A DNA stretch of 64,000 nucleotides from Spirochaetia bacterium (GTDB taxonomy: Bacteria > Spirochaetota > Spirochaetia > SZUA-6 > Bin103): assembly GCA_965203905.1 (NCBI GenBank), contig CBDBDQ010000005.1, forward strand, positions 7,264,001 through 7,328,000. Reading direction: 5' to 3'. The notes under the pieces are model-generated. The model searched no databases, was not told the origin of the DNA, and worked only from the letters and a program-made list of their open reading frames with translations. This document shows, piece after piece, positions 48,921-58,016 of the stretch; positions within the stretch are counted from its first letter, which is position 1, and each line of letters begins with the position of its first letter. Both the position numbers and the translations under genes were made by a program.

Positions 48921-49698
48921 CGCTGTTGAGGTGGCCGCGGCGGTGCTCAGGGCGAGCGTGCAGGCCGACACGGCGTATCGCGGCGCCTTCCTGGCGCGCG
49001 CAGCAGAGGCCATCGCCAGTCTGGCCCTGTCGATAGCATTCTACGGCCTGATCTACAGCCACACGAGTGGGATAGGCGACTGGAGCTACGCCAACATCCT
49101 GGCCCTCGCCGGGACCTTCGAGATCATTCGCGGCATCGTGCATGGGCTGTTCATGCGCAACCTGCCCGGCCTGCAGGACCGGATTCGGACCGGGACGCTG
49201 GACTACGATCTGATCGCTCCAGTCAACACGCGTTTCCTGGTCTCGTGCCGCCGGCTGTACGTGATGAACTTGCTGAACGTTCTGCTCGGTGTATTCCTGG
49301 TGATCGCGGCGGCCGGCCTCGGAGAATCGTGGCCTGCGCCGGCCGGCGTGGCCGGCTACGTGGTCATGCTGATCTTCGCCGTGGTCGGCAACTACTGCCT
49401 GTGGTTCATGGTGATGTGTTCCGCGTTCTGGCTCGAGAAGGTCGACGGGCTCCAGGAACCCTACCTGGAGATATTGAACCTGTCCCGCTATCCCCCCACC
49501 GTCCTTCCGCGGCCGGTCAGGGTAGCCGTGACGGTGTTGCTACCGGCGTTGGTTAGCGCAGCGCTGCCGGCATCGATGCTCTGGGGCGGGTTCGGCGGGC
49601 ACGTCCTGGGGTTCGGCGCCGGAGTGGCGGCCACTGCCATGCTGTCCTCGCTCGTATTCCGGCGCGGCCTCTTGCGTTACGAGGGGGGCACCGCCTGA
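48907..49698 (+). CDS. ABC-2 family permease
   Basis: AYRGAF, IRTGTLDYDLIAPV, RYPPTVLP, RGLLRYEG. Confidence 0.85.
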   Translation: MSPRNAVEVAAAVLRASVQADTAYRGAFLARAAEAIASLALSIAFYGLIYSHTSGIGDWSYANILALAGTFEIIRGIVHGLFMRNLPGLQDRIRTGTLDYDLIAPVNTRFLVSCRRLYVMNLLNVLLGVFLVIAAAGLGESWPAPAGVAGYVVMLIFAVVGNYCLWFMVMCSAFWLEKVDGLQEPYLEILNLSRYPPTVLPRPVRVAVTVLLPALVSAALPASMLWGGFGGHVLGFGAGVAATAMLSSLVFRRGLLRYEGGTA

Positions 49699-49989
49699 GT
49701 CTCCCACGTCACCGCGGTGGTATGGAAGAATGTGTTGGTCGCCGAACCTTGAGTTCCGCCACTCGCCCGAGTACTGCCGGCCGTGGCCGGTGGGCAGCAG
49801 TTTCATGGCGGGCTACCGGTCAAAGGGGCAAACACCAGGAGGCCGCCGCCTGATCTGTTACACACCTATTCACGGAATCTTTGAGCCATCCGTGTGACCC
49901 GCAATGGTACTTGGCCTGACTGCACACCGGAAGAGAGGGTGTTGCGGCGTGAGACGGTTGAAGGTGCCACTGAATGCTATGGTGGGATA

Positions 49990-50856
49990 GTGGTCCATTG
50001 TCGGGAGACCCTGTACGTATCGGATATGGACGGAACGTTGCTCCGTACCGACGGATCGCTGTCGCCCTACAGCGTTCGGACGCTGAACCGCCTGATCCAC
50101 GATGGCATGCGGTTTACGGTAGCAAGTGCCAGAGGCTGTGGCCCAATCCGGATCGCTCTGGACGGTCTCCGCCTGGCCCTGCCGGTCATCAACCAGAACG
50201 GCGCGTTCGTTTCGGATCTCGCGACAGGCCGCCATCTGGCGATCCATGCCATGCGACCACAAGTCGCGCATGGCTTGTGGTCGCTGCTTGATCGGGCTGG
50301 GAGCAGACCGTTTCTGATGACCTTCGATGGTGGCCTCGATCGCCTTTACTTCAACGACAGTGTCCTGCGCAACCACGGCATGCGGCGGTTTCTCGAGGAC
50401 CGACAACGGAACCAGGATCCGCGGCTTGCGCACCTCGACCACCTGCAGGACGGCCTGGAGGATCAGGTAGTCTGCCTCACTGCCATCGACCCACTACCCC
50501 GGATTCGGCACTTGGAGCAAGCGATCAGGCTGCGCTACGGCCGATCGGTCGCTTCGCACAGTCACGAGGAACACGGACTCTGGCTCTTGGCGATCCACGA
50601 CTCCTGCGCCACCAAGGAGCAGGGCATAGCCCATGTGCTCCAAGGGCAGAACCTGCCGTTACCTCGCTTGGTGGTGTTCGGCGACCAGATCAATGATGCC
50701 GGCATGTTCCGCATGGCCGACGAAGCGTACGCGGTGGCCGGCGCTGTGCCCGACCTCGCGCAACATGCCACCGCCGTGATCGGCTCCAACGATGACGATG
50801 CCGTGGCCCGATGGCTGGACGCCCACTGGCGCTGTTATGCCCGTTGCGGTGAATGA
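49990..50856 (+). CDS. Cof-type HAD-IIB hydrolase
   Basis: SDMDGTLL, ASARG, KEQGI, FGDQINDAGMF; start uncertain. Confidence 0.88.
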   Translation: MVHCRETLYVSDMDGTLLRTDGSLSPYSVRTLNRLIHDGMRFTVASARGCGPIRIALDGLRLALPVINQNGAFVSDLATGRHLAIHAMRPQVAHGLWSLLDRAGSRPFLMTFDGGLDRLYFNDSVLRNHGMRRFLEDRQRNQDPRLAHLDHLQDGLEDQVVCLTAIDPLPRIRHLEQAIRLRYGRSVASHSHEEHGLWLLAIHDSCATKEQGIAHVLQGQNLPLPRLVVFGDQINDAGMFRMADEAYAVAGAVPDLAQHATAVIGSNDDDAVARWLDAHWRCYARCGE

Positions 50857-50917
50857 CGCGAAAAAAGACCCCGGCGCCGCGCGGTTACGTTGGCACATCG
50901 GTGGGAAACCGGTAAGC

Positions 50918-51643
50918 ATGCTTCGGACGATCTTTTTCGATGTTGACGGCACACTGCTGGACGACGACGCCAACTGGCGCTCAGCGGTGGCGGCAACCGC
51001 GCGACTAATCGCCGATCGCTGCCCTCCGCTCGGCCGTGAGGAGCTGACCTCGGCGTATTGCGACGCGGCCACTGAGATCTGGCGCACGATCCGAGACGCA
51101 CAAGAGGCGCCGTGGGGCAACATGGACGATCCTGGCATCGTCCGCAGGGTTTGGCACTCCGCACTCGCGGGCTTGGCTGCCTCAGGCGACGATTCCTCCG
51201 AATATGCGGCACACGCCTACGCCCGGTTCAGGCTCGCGCGAGTCTCAGTGTTCGCCGATGTCAGGGGCTGTCTGGCGAGCCTGCAGGACAAGTACCGGCT
51301 CGGGGTGATAACGAACGGTTCTAACGCCACCCATCTCCCCAAGATCGCTGCGGCCGGTCTGGATGAGTACTTCGAATCGGTTACTACCACCGACTGCGGG
51401 GCGGGCAAGCCGCTGCCCACCATCTTCAATCACGCCCTTGCAGGGCTGGATGCCAAGCCAGCGTCCAGCGCCTTCGTCGGAGACTCGCTGCACTGGGACA
51501 TCGCCGGCGCCAACCAGGTCGGTATATTCTCCATCTGGCTTAACCGAGCCGGCACACAGCGCGCGTCCCGTGACCCAGTACCGCGGGCCGAAATCGCCTC
51601 TCTCCACGAACTTCCCGAGTTGCTCAGCCGAGCCGACCCATGA
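50918..51643 (+). CDS. HAD-IA hydrolase (YigB/YjjG-like)
   Basis: FDVDGTL, ITNG, GKP, VGDSLHWDIAGA. Confidence 0.9.
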   Translation: MLRTIFFDVDGTLLDDDANWRSAVAATARLIADRCPPLGREELTSAYCDAATEIWRTIRDAQEAPWGNMDDPGIVRRVWHSALAGLAASGDDSSEYAAHAYARFRLARVSVFADVRGCLASLQDKYRLGVITNGSNATHLPKIAAAGLDEYFESVTTTDCGAGKPLPTIFNHALAGLDAKPASSAFVGDSLHWDIAGANQVGIFSIWLNRAGTQRASRDPVPRAEIASLHELPELLSRADP

Positions 51644-52048
51644 ATATCAGTCGCACCGCCAAGGCCCCCCAGCACCCCAACCCAGCCTCCACTTATGTTC
51701 GCGCGCGGGCGACCGCCGCGGCCAGCGTCCGATATTGTAGCCGCGAGCGCAGGCACGAACGGGCGCGCGGAGCTGTACATGAAGGGCAAGCGGCAGGACT
51801 GCGCGCCCGCGTCACGCGCTTGCGTAGCGCGGGCGGGTCCAAGACTACCCGTCGAGGGGCATGATGAAAATCGGTGTATTACCGCCTGGCACCACGGCAA
51901 TCCCATGGATAGCCTGAGAAGAACGTCCTCACGTTTGCTTTCTGTGGGTAACCGAACATACTTGGTGACAGCCGCCCGACGGGCAGTGTCAATTCGAAAA
52001 ATAGGAGACGGCTTGACGCCGATTCGGCGCGGTTGGCATTCTTTCCTC

Positions 52049-52720
52049 GTGAGTTCTGCCGAGCCTTTCTGGGAACGGGCCTATCGGGACGACAGAGCGG
52101 ATACCTTTGGTCGTCCCAGCTCCGAGATCGTTTCGCTGGCGGACCGCCTGACGAGAGGGGCGTTGGTCCTGGACATGGGTTGTGGCGAGGGGCGGAATGC
52201 TCGATTCTTGGCCACGCGCGGGTTTCAGGTGGACGCCTTCGACGTGTCGGAGGCGGGGATCAACAAGCTCACGCGCATGGCTGCCCTAGAGGAGGTGAGC
52301 GTAAACGCATGGGTAGCCGACCTGAACACTTTTTGGTTCTCTCGTGCCTACGACGTCATCATCGCCCACGGAGTCCTGCATCTGCTCAAACGGGAAGTGT
52401 GGTCACGGCTAATCACTGAAATGAAGGAAAGCACTCGGACCGGCGGCGTCAACGCGGTGTCCGTGTTTACCGATGAGATTCCCCCCCCTCCTGATATGGC
52501 GCCGTTTACTGTAGGGATCTTCAAGGTCGGAGAACTGGCCGGTCAGTACGCCGACTGGCACCAGGAACAAGCCACGTCCTATATCCTCGAGGACGAGCAT
52601 CCCGGCGGTCTTCGCCACCGTCACTCCATCGACAAAGTCGTCGCCTGGAAAATAACGGAAGAGGCAGATAGCGCGTCCAAACCCAATCAGGGCCAAGATC
52701 GACCGGAAGCGCAACCGTGA
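52049..52720 (+). CDS. Class I SAM-dependent methyltransferase (TehB-like)
   Basis: VLDMGCGEGRNARFLA; C-terminal EDEHPGGLRHRH. Confidence 0.88.
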   Translation: MSSAEPFWERAYRDDRADTFGRPSSEIVSLADRLTRGALVLDMGCGEGRNARFLATRGFQVDAFDVSEAGINKLTRMAALEEVSVNAWVADLNTFWFSRAYDVIIAHGVLHLLKREVWSRLITEMKESTRTGGVNAVSVFTDEIPPPPDMAPFTVGIFKVGELAGQYADWHQEQATSYILEDEHPGGLRHRHSIDKVVAWKITEEADSASKPNQGQDRPEAQP

Positions 52721-52946
52721 CGGCACGATTCTAAAATGACACACTACCCGGGCAGGCGTTAACTCGGGCGCAGTTCGGCAGTCCGCGTGGTGAACATCGG
52801 TCGCGTTTACGTTGGATACAGTTCGCGCCACGTCGCGCAAATCTCGTCTACCGAACCACGGGCTACGAAGAGTCAGGTTGCTTTATCAAAAATTTGCTGT
52901 AACACTGGCCGCGAGTCTCACCAGTTGGCTCAGGAGGTATACCCCA

Positions 52947-53408
52947 ATGAGAGGAGTAGCGGTAGTGGCAATACGCCAGACCACGAGGGATCACGAGGTT
53001 CTGTTGCTTCGAAGAACTCAGAGCAACGCTGGCCAGTGGTGTCAGATTTCTGGGAAGATAGAGTCTGGCGAGACAGCGTCGCAGGCTGCGCTACGCGAGA
53101 TGAAGGAGGAGACGGGGCTGATACCAAGCCGGTTCTATTCCGCTGACCTGTGCGAACAATTCTACGAGATCGGAAGGAACTCTATCTGGCTCGCTCCAAT
53201 CTTCGTCGCGTACGTGGAACCCGAGGTCACCGTCACGTTGAACGAGGAACACAGCGAGTACTTCTGGACCTCGCTCGGCCGTGCTATTGAATTGCTGCCG
53301 TTTCCCGGTCAGAAGTCGATGTTGATGCACATTCGTCATTGGTTCGTGGAGCGTGAACCTTCTCGGCTTCTCGAGATCGACGTCAGCTCGGTCGTACGGG
53401 CGAAGTGA
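52947..53408 (+). CDS. NUDIX hydrolase
   Basis: Nudix box GKIESGETASQAALREMKEETGL; LNEEHSEY. Confidence 0.9.
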   Translation: MRGVAVVAIRQTTRDHEVLLLRRTQSNAGQWCQISGKIESGETASQAALREMKEETGLIPSRFYSADLCEQFYEIGRNSIWLAPIFVAYVEPEVTVTLNEEHSEYFWTSLGRAIELLPFPGQKSMLMHIRHWFVEREPSRLLEIDVSSVVRAK

Positions 53409-53723
53409 CAATAGTGAGACGATATACCGCTGAGACGGTGGCAGCCACTCTGCGGCGGAGGCTTGCTGCTCGACCGCGGATCTTCGGAGGATAGGCATCC
53501 GCGTCACGGAGTTAGCGTCGGGATCGGCATGAAAATGCGCTGCGACCGCGTTTCGCAACGAGAAGTGAGCCGGGATGCGATTTTTTCCATGGGCGCGAGT
53601 GTAACTCCTGGTGCTGCTCGAGTTCCAGAATAGAGTGGTTGGCAAGAGGCGGAGAATCCCGGACAGATCCGCCCGACGAATGGATTGAGATTTTCCCGCG
53701 CAGCCGGCCGCGCGACCATGCCA

Positions 53724-53875
53724 AGCTGCGAGGTCGCTCATCCAACCAGGACCGGACGATCCAGCAGCATCGAGGGGGCGAGAATCAATCTCTGGCGTGC
53801 GCCGGCCGAGAGTCGGCTCGCTCGCCAATTGCCGCATCGAGCCCCGCGCAGCTCGCCGAGCCAATAGAGTTGGCG
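53724..53875 (-). pseudogene. Decayed ABC nucleotide-binding-domain fragment, homologous to 39565-39720
   Basis: RLSAGARQRLILAPSMLLDRPVLV versus RLSAGERQRLILARTMLLDRPILV; several small deletions. Confidence 0.75.
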
Positions 53876-54113
53876 AGTGATCGAATTGACCATACTACCT
53901 GGACTCACTACATTTCGGCATGGAGTCAGCTCGGCACACCGACGCATGCAGCGTCCTGCACCACCGCAGGACGGTTGGCATCTTGTGGGCGCCACGGCGG
54001 GAGCTGTACGAGGGCATTTCCGGGCACATTGGGCCGAACCTGCGGACCAGTAGCCTGATCAAGTCGACGTTCGCTTCGGTACGTCAGCCGGCACTCTCTT
54101 AAGATCGGATAGC

Positions 54114-54911
54114 ATGCGGCCCCGGCTCTACGGCCATATCCTCAAGACACGATTTCTGTCGAGCCTTGCGTATCGAACGGAGTTGGTGTTCCTCGTTCTG
54201 ACAAGCTTCGTCGTGGTGCTCGGAATGTCGTTTCTTTGGAAAGCCCTCTACGGCGACCAGGGGAGCGGGCGCGCCCTGACCCTCAACCAGATGCTGGTGT
54301 ACCTCATCGTCGCCCAGATGATGAATCAACTGCTGTTCTCCAACCTGCCCGAACGGATCAACGAACGTGTCTACCACGGCAACATCAGCATCGACCTGAT
54401 CCGACCGGTGCCGCTGTGGGCGGCGTGGGTGGCCGAGGATGTGGGCGACGCGTTGAGCCGGCTGCTTATCCGGGGCATTCCGCTGCTCATAGTTGCGTCG
54501 GTCCTGATTGCGCTTCCGCAACCGGCGAGTGGGTCGCTGTTCCTGTGGTTCCTGGTCAGTCTCGGTCTCAGCTACGCGCTTATGACGTCAATCGGCTACA
54601 TCGTCGGCCTCACGTCCATCTGGTACATGGACTTCGGCGACTTCGGCAAAGTGGTTCGCGCGAGCGTTGTATTCCTATCCGGAAGCGTGGTGCCGATCTG
54701 GTTCTTCCCTGAGTGGTTCCAGCGGATCTCGTCGCTTCTGCCCTTCATCTATATCTATCAATTCCCGATCGGGATCTACATCGGGAAGTACTCGATCGGC
54801 GAGATCCTCAATGGTCTCGCGGCGCAGCTCTTTTGGATTGCACTGGGTGTCCTCGGTGGCCTGTTGATGTGGAATCTGGTCAAGAAGAAGATCGTGGTCC
54901 AGGGCGGATGA
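54114..54911 (+). CDS. ABC-2 family permease
   Basis: LAYR, GNISIDLIRP, LSGSVVPIWFFP, KIVVQGG. Confidence 0.88.
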   Translation: MRPRLYGHILKTRFLSSLAYRTELVFLVLTSFVVVLGMSFLWKALYGDQGSGRALTLNQMLVYLIVAQMMNQLLFSNLPERINERVYHGNISIDLIRPVPLWAAWVAEDVGDALSRLLIRGIPLLIVASVLIALPQPASGSLFLWFLVSLGLSYALMTSIGYIVGLTSIWYMDFGDFGKVVRASVVFLSGSVVPIWFFPEWFQRISSLLPFIYIYQFPIGIYIGKYSIGEILNGLAAQLFWIALGVLGGLLMWNLVKKKIVVQGG

Positions 54912-55723
54912 TGAGCACCCTCCGCCGACACCTCCGCGTCAGCCTGTTCTACACGAAGCTGTCGTTGATCCGCCTCATTGAGTATCCGGTCTACCTCCAG
55001 AGCACTTTCTTGATGAATCTGACCACCGCCGTAACCGGCTTCTTCGTCCTCCGCGTGATGTTCACGGAGTTCCAGGCGATCGGCGAGTGGGACATCGCCA
55101 GCGTGTCGTTTCTCTACAGCTTCAATCTCATCACCCACGGGATCGTGCTGGTCGTAGCGCAACCGATCTGGTACATGGGGCGGAGGATCTTGAGCGGCGA
55201 TTTCGACCTGATGCTGGTGCGCCCGCTCGACACGCTCTGGCTCCACATCTCACGTGGCGTCAACTACATGGACCTGGCCAACCCCATCCTGGCGCTGCTC
55301 ATGATCATCTACAGCTTGGGCGAGCTTGGTTTCACTCCAACGATCAGCAACGTGGTCGGGTTGGTGCTGCTTGTTTTCTTGTGCAGCGTCATCCGCGCCG
55401 CTCTCTACTTGATCGGCTCGACGACATGCTTCTGGTGGCGCAACCGCGAGTCACTCAAGGAGTTCTCGGCGACGCTGATGAACGACATCGGCCGCTACCC
55501 GCTGACCGCCTACCCGTGGGCGATGCAGTTCATCCTCACCTTCCTCATACCAACGGGCTTTGTTGCATTCTACCCGGCGTCGGCGGTGCTGCACATCAAG
55601 GATGGTCTCGTTGCCGGCTCTGCGATCTACGTGACCCTCGCGATCATGGTCGTAGTACTCTCGATAGGTTCCTACCTGTTCTTCCGCCTTGGGCTCAGGT
55701 ATTATGAAAGCGTCGGGCACTGA
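54908..55723 (+). CDS. ABC-2 family permease
   Basis: IEYP, SGDFDLMLVRP, RYPLTAYP, GLRYYESVG. Confidence 0.88.
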   Translation: MMSTLRRHLRVSLFYTKLSLIRLIEYPVYLQSTFLMNLTTAVTGFFVLRVMFTEFQAIGEWDIASVSFLYSFNLITHGIVLVVAQPIWYMGRRILSGDFDLMLVRPLDTLWLHISRGVNYMDLANPILALLMIIYSLGELGFTPTISNVVGLVLLVFLCSVIRAALYLIGSTTCFWWRNRESLKEFSATLMNDIGRYPLTAYPWAMQFILTFLIPTGFVAFYPASAVLHIKDGLVAGSAIYVTLAIMVVVLSIGSYLFFRLGLRYYESVGH

Positions 55724-55724
55724 G

Positions 55725-56729
55725 ATGGGCATCATCGAGACGACACGTGTCTCCAAGACTTTCAAAGTAAACCAGAAGAAGAAGGGACTGATCGGCGCAG
55801 TTAAGGGACTGCTGTTCCCTGACATTCGCCACATCGAGGCGGTCAAGGACGTATCGTTCAGTATCGAGGAAGGCGAGATCGTGGGCTACATCGGTCCGAA
55901 CGGATCCGGAAAGAGCACCACCATCAAGATGCTTTGCGGCATCCTCCATCCATCGGCGGGCGCTGTCAAGGTGAACGGTCTTGATCTTCCCAGGCAGCGA
56001 CGCCACTTGGCGATGGACATCGGTGTGGTGTTCGGCCAACGCAGTCAACTGTATTGGGACATCCGACTGGGGGAAACATTCGAGCTATTCAAGCGCATGT
56101 ACGACATCAGCGACGCCGACTACACCCAGCGCATGGGCGTCTTCCACGAATTGCTCGACATCGGGGATTTCGTCGACCAGCCGGTGCGCCAGCTCTCCCT
56201 CGGCCAGAGCATACGGGGCAACTTGGTGAGCGCGTTCCTCCACTCCCCCAAGCTGCTATTCCTGGACGAGCCGACGATCGGCCTCGATATCGTCGGGAAG
56301 AAGAAGATTCAGACGTTCATCAAGGAGATGAACCGCGAGTACCACACGACCGTCGTCCTGACGACCCACGACCTGTCTGACGTCGAGAAGCTCTGCGAGC
56401 GCGTCATCGTGATCAACCACGGTGAGATCGTCGAGGACGACAGACTTGTGAACATCACTCGCAAGCTGGCTCCCTACAAGCTCATCCATGTGCTGACTGA
56501 CGGTACCATTCCGCCCATCAACGTAGCTGGGTGCCGGCTGCGATCGGTGGACGGCAGCAGGATGTGTCTCGAATTCGACCACCATCGACACGACTCCGTC
56601 GAGCTCATCGCAAAGCTTTCACGCCTCATGCAGATCAATGACTTCAGCATCGTCGATCCTGACATCGAGGAGGTCATTGGGACTTACTACGGAGCACCAC
56701 CGGCGGATCGCGCCGATGGACTGTCGTAG
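55725..56729 (+). CDS. ABC-2-type exporter ATP-binding subunit
   Basis: GPNGSGKST, VFGQRSQL, LSLGQ, LDEPTIGLD. Confidence 0.92.
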   Translation: MGIIETTRVSKTFKVNQKKKGLIGAVKGLLFPDIRHIEAVKDVSFSIEEGEIVGYIGPNGSGKSTTIKMLCGILHPSAGAVKVNGLDLPRQRRHLAMDIGVVFGQRSQLYWDIRLGETFELFKRMYDISDADYTQRMGVFHELLDIGDFVDQPVRQLSLGQSIRGNLVSAFLHSPKLLFLDEPTIGLDIVGKKKIQTFIKEMNREYHTTVVLTTHDLSDVEKLCERVIVINHGEIVEDDRLVNITRKLAPYKLIHVLTDGTIPPINVAGCRLRSVDGSRMCLEFDHHRHDSVELIAKLSRLMQINDFSIVDPDIEEVIGTYYGAPPADRADGLS

Positions 56730-56927
56730 CCTCGCAGTCGACCGTTGCCGTCCTGGCGCCGGCGACGCGGGCCAGTCCGGTGTACAACACGGCCTTGGGG
56801 CGGCACCACGATGCGCACACGCGTGACTATTGACGCTGGTCATGGTACCCTCCTGATCGGAAGCTGGAAAGCCCGCTGACGCTGCCGATTCGTGGTCAGC
56901 TCGGGTGCTGTTCTCCTCCATACTTCG

Positions 56928-57707
56928 ATGCGTACCCGACACTTGAACATGACCATTGACGAGTTCCACCTGATGGCGAGAGAGCCAGGATGGAAGTATG
57001 AGTACTGGAGCGGGCAAGCGCATATCTCTCCCGCCCATCGGTCAGTCTCCGCGTCCCTCGAAATCGAACCACGTGCATGCCGATCTCCTTGTCGGATCCG
57101 GCCCGCGGAAAGCAGCTACGAGCGGGCGACGATTGCCGCTTTCGTGGCCGCCTTCAGAGATACCATCGATTTTTGTGACTGGGAGGAGACGAGAATCGCC
57201 GATTCGGCAAGAGACAACGTGATCGGATTCTTCTCCGGCGAACGCGGAGAGCCTCATCCGGCGTCGCGCCTGGCGTTGGTCGCCCATCCGGAAGTCGAGC
57301 AGGAGTCAGTCGTTGGTGCTGCCCTCGTAGCCGAAATGAAAGACGAGTCCGTGCGGTTGGATCTACTATTCGTGACGCCGGAGTGGCAACGAATGGGTGT
57401 AGCTACAGCCCTTGTGACAGCGACTCTCAATCAACTGTATGAGAGCGGCCACAGGACGTTGAAGAGTCGATACAACCTCGGTAATGCTGGGAGCAGGGCA
57501 TGGCACAGAGCGTTCGGGTTCGTAGACGATTGCGACCTGTTGTTGGCAGAATCGTACTATCGCCTGGCTAAACATGAGCTTTGGCGAAGAGAGAAAGTCG
57601 GCGATCTCACACAGGTAGAGCGCCAGAAACTGAACCTGGAGATCGATCTCTGGAGAGTCCAGGCTGACAAACTGTCGGTTGCTGCAAGGCGTTGGCGCGC
57701 GCATTGA
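56928..57707 (+). CDS. GNAT-domain protein
   Basis: LFVTPEWQRMGVATALV, GNAGSRAWHRAFGF. Confidence 0.8.
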   Translation: MRTRHLNMTIDEFHLMAREPGWKYEYWSGQAHISPAHRSVSASLEIEPRACRSPCRIRPAESSYERATIAAFVAAFRDTIDFCDWEETRIADSARDNVIGFFSGERGEPHPASRLALVAHPEVEQESVVGAALVAEMKDESVRLDLLFVTPEWQRMGVATALVTATLNQLYESGHRTLKSRYNLGNAGSRAWHRAFGFVDDCDLLLAESYYRLAKHELWRREKVGDLTQVERQKLNLEIDLWRVQADKLSVAARRWRAH

Positions 57708-57895
57708 GTTCGGTGCGCCGCGCACTACGCCATTGCGGCCGGGACGCAGCCACAGGGCGATTCGGCTTGCCTGTAATCGAAAGGCGCAATTTTTTTTGAA
57801 GCTTTCGCCGATTTTTTCTCGTTCATGGGTTGACACGGTATTGGCCGTCCGATCCGACGACATTCCCGACCGGGCACGAATCTAGCCGAGAATAC

Positions 57896-57925
57896 GCGTG
57901 GCGGGCGCTCTGTCCCCCGCCACGC
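57896..57925. promoter_or_regulatory. Perfect 10-bp stem-loop in the leader of the DUF222-HNH gene
   Basis: GCGTGGCGGG-cgctctgtcc-CCCGCCACGC. Confidence 0.5.
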
Positions 57926-58016
57926 AGCCAATGATCCTGAACCTCAAAAGTCGGCATCCGACCGCTCTACGGGGCGTCAGTGGGTGGTCGAAATCCGGGT
58001 GTACGATAGCCCCATC

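Noticed and set aside
49900-49990. Cobalamin riboswitch
   Set aside because: Only GCCACTG is present; the other conserved B12-box elements are missing and the downstream gene is unrelated.
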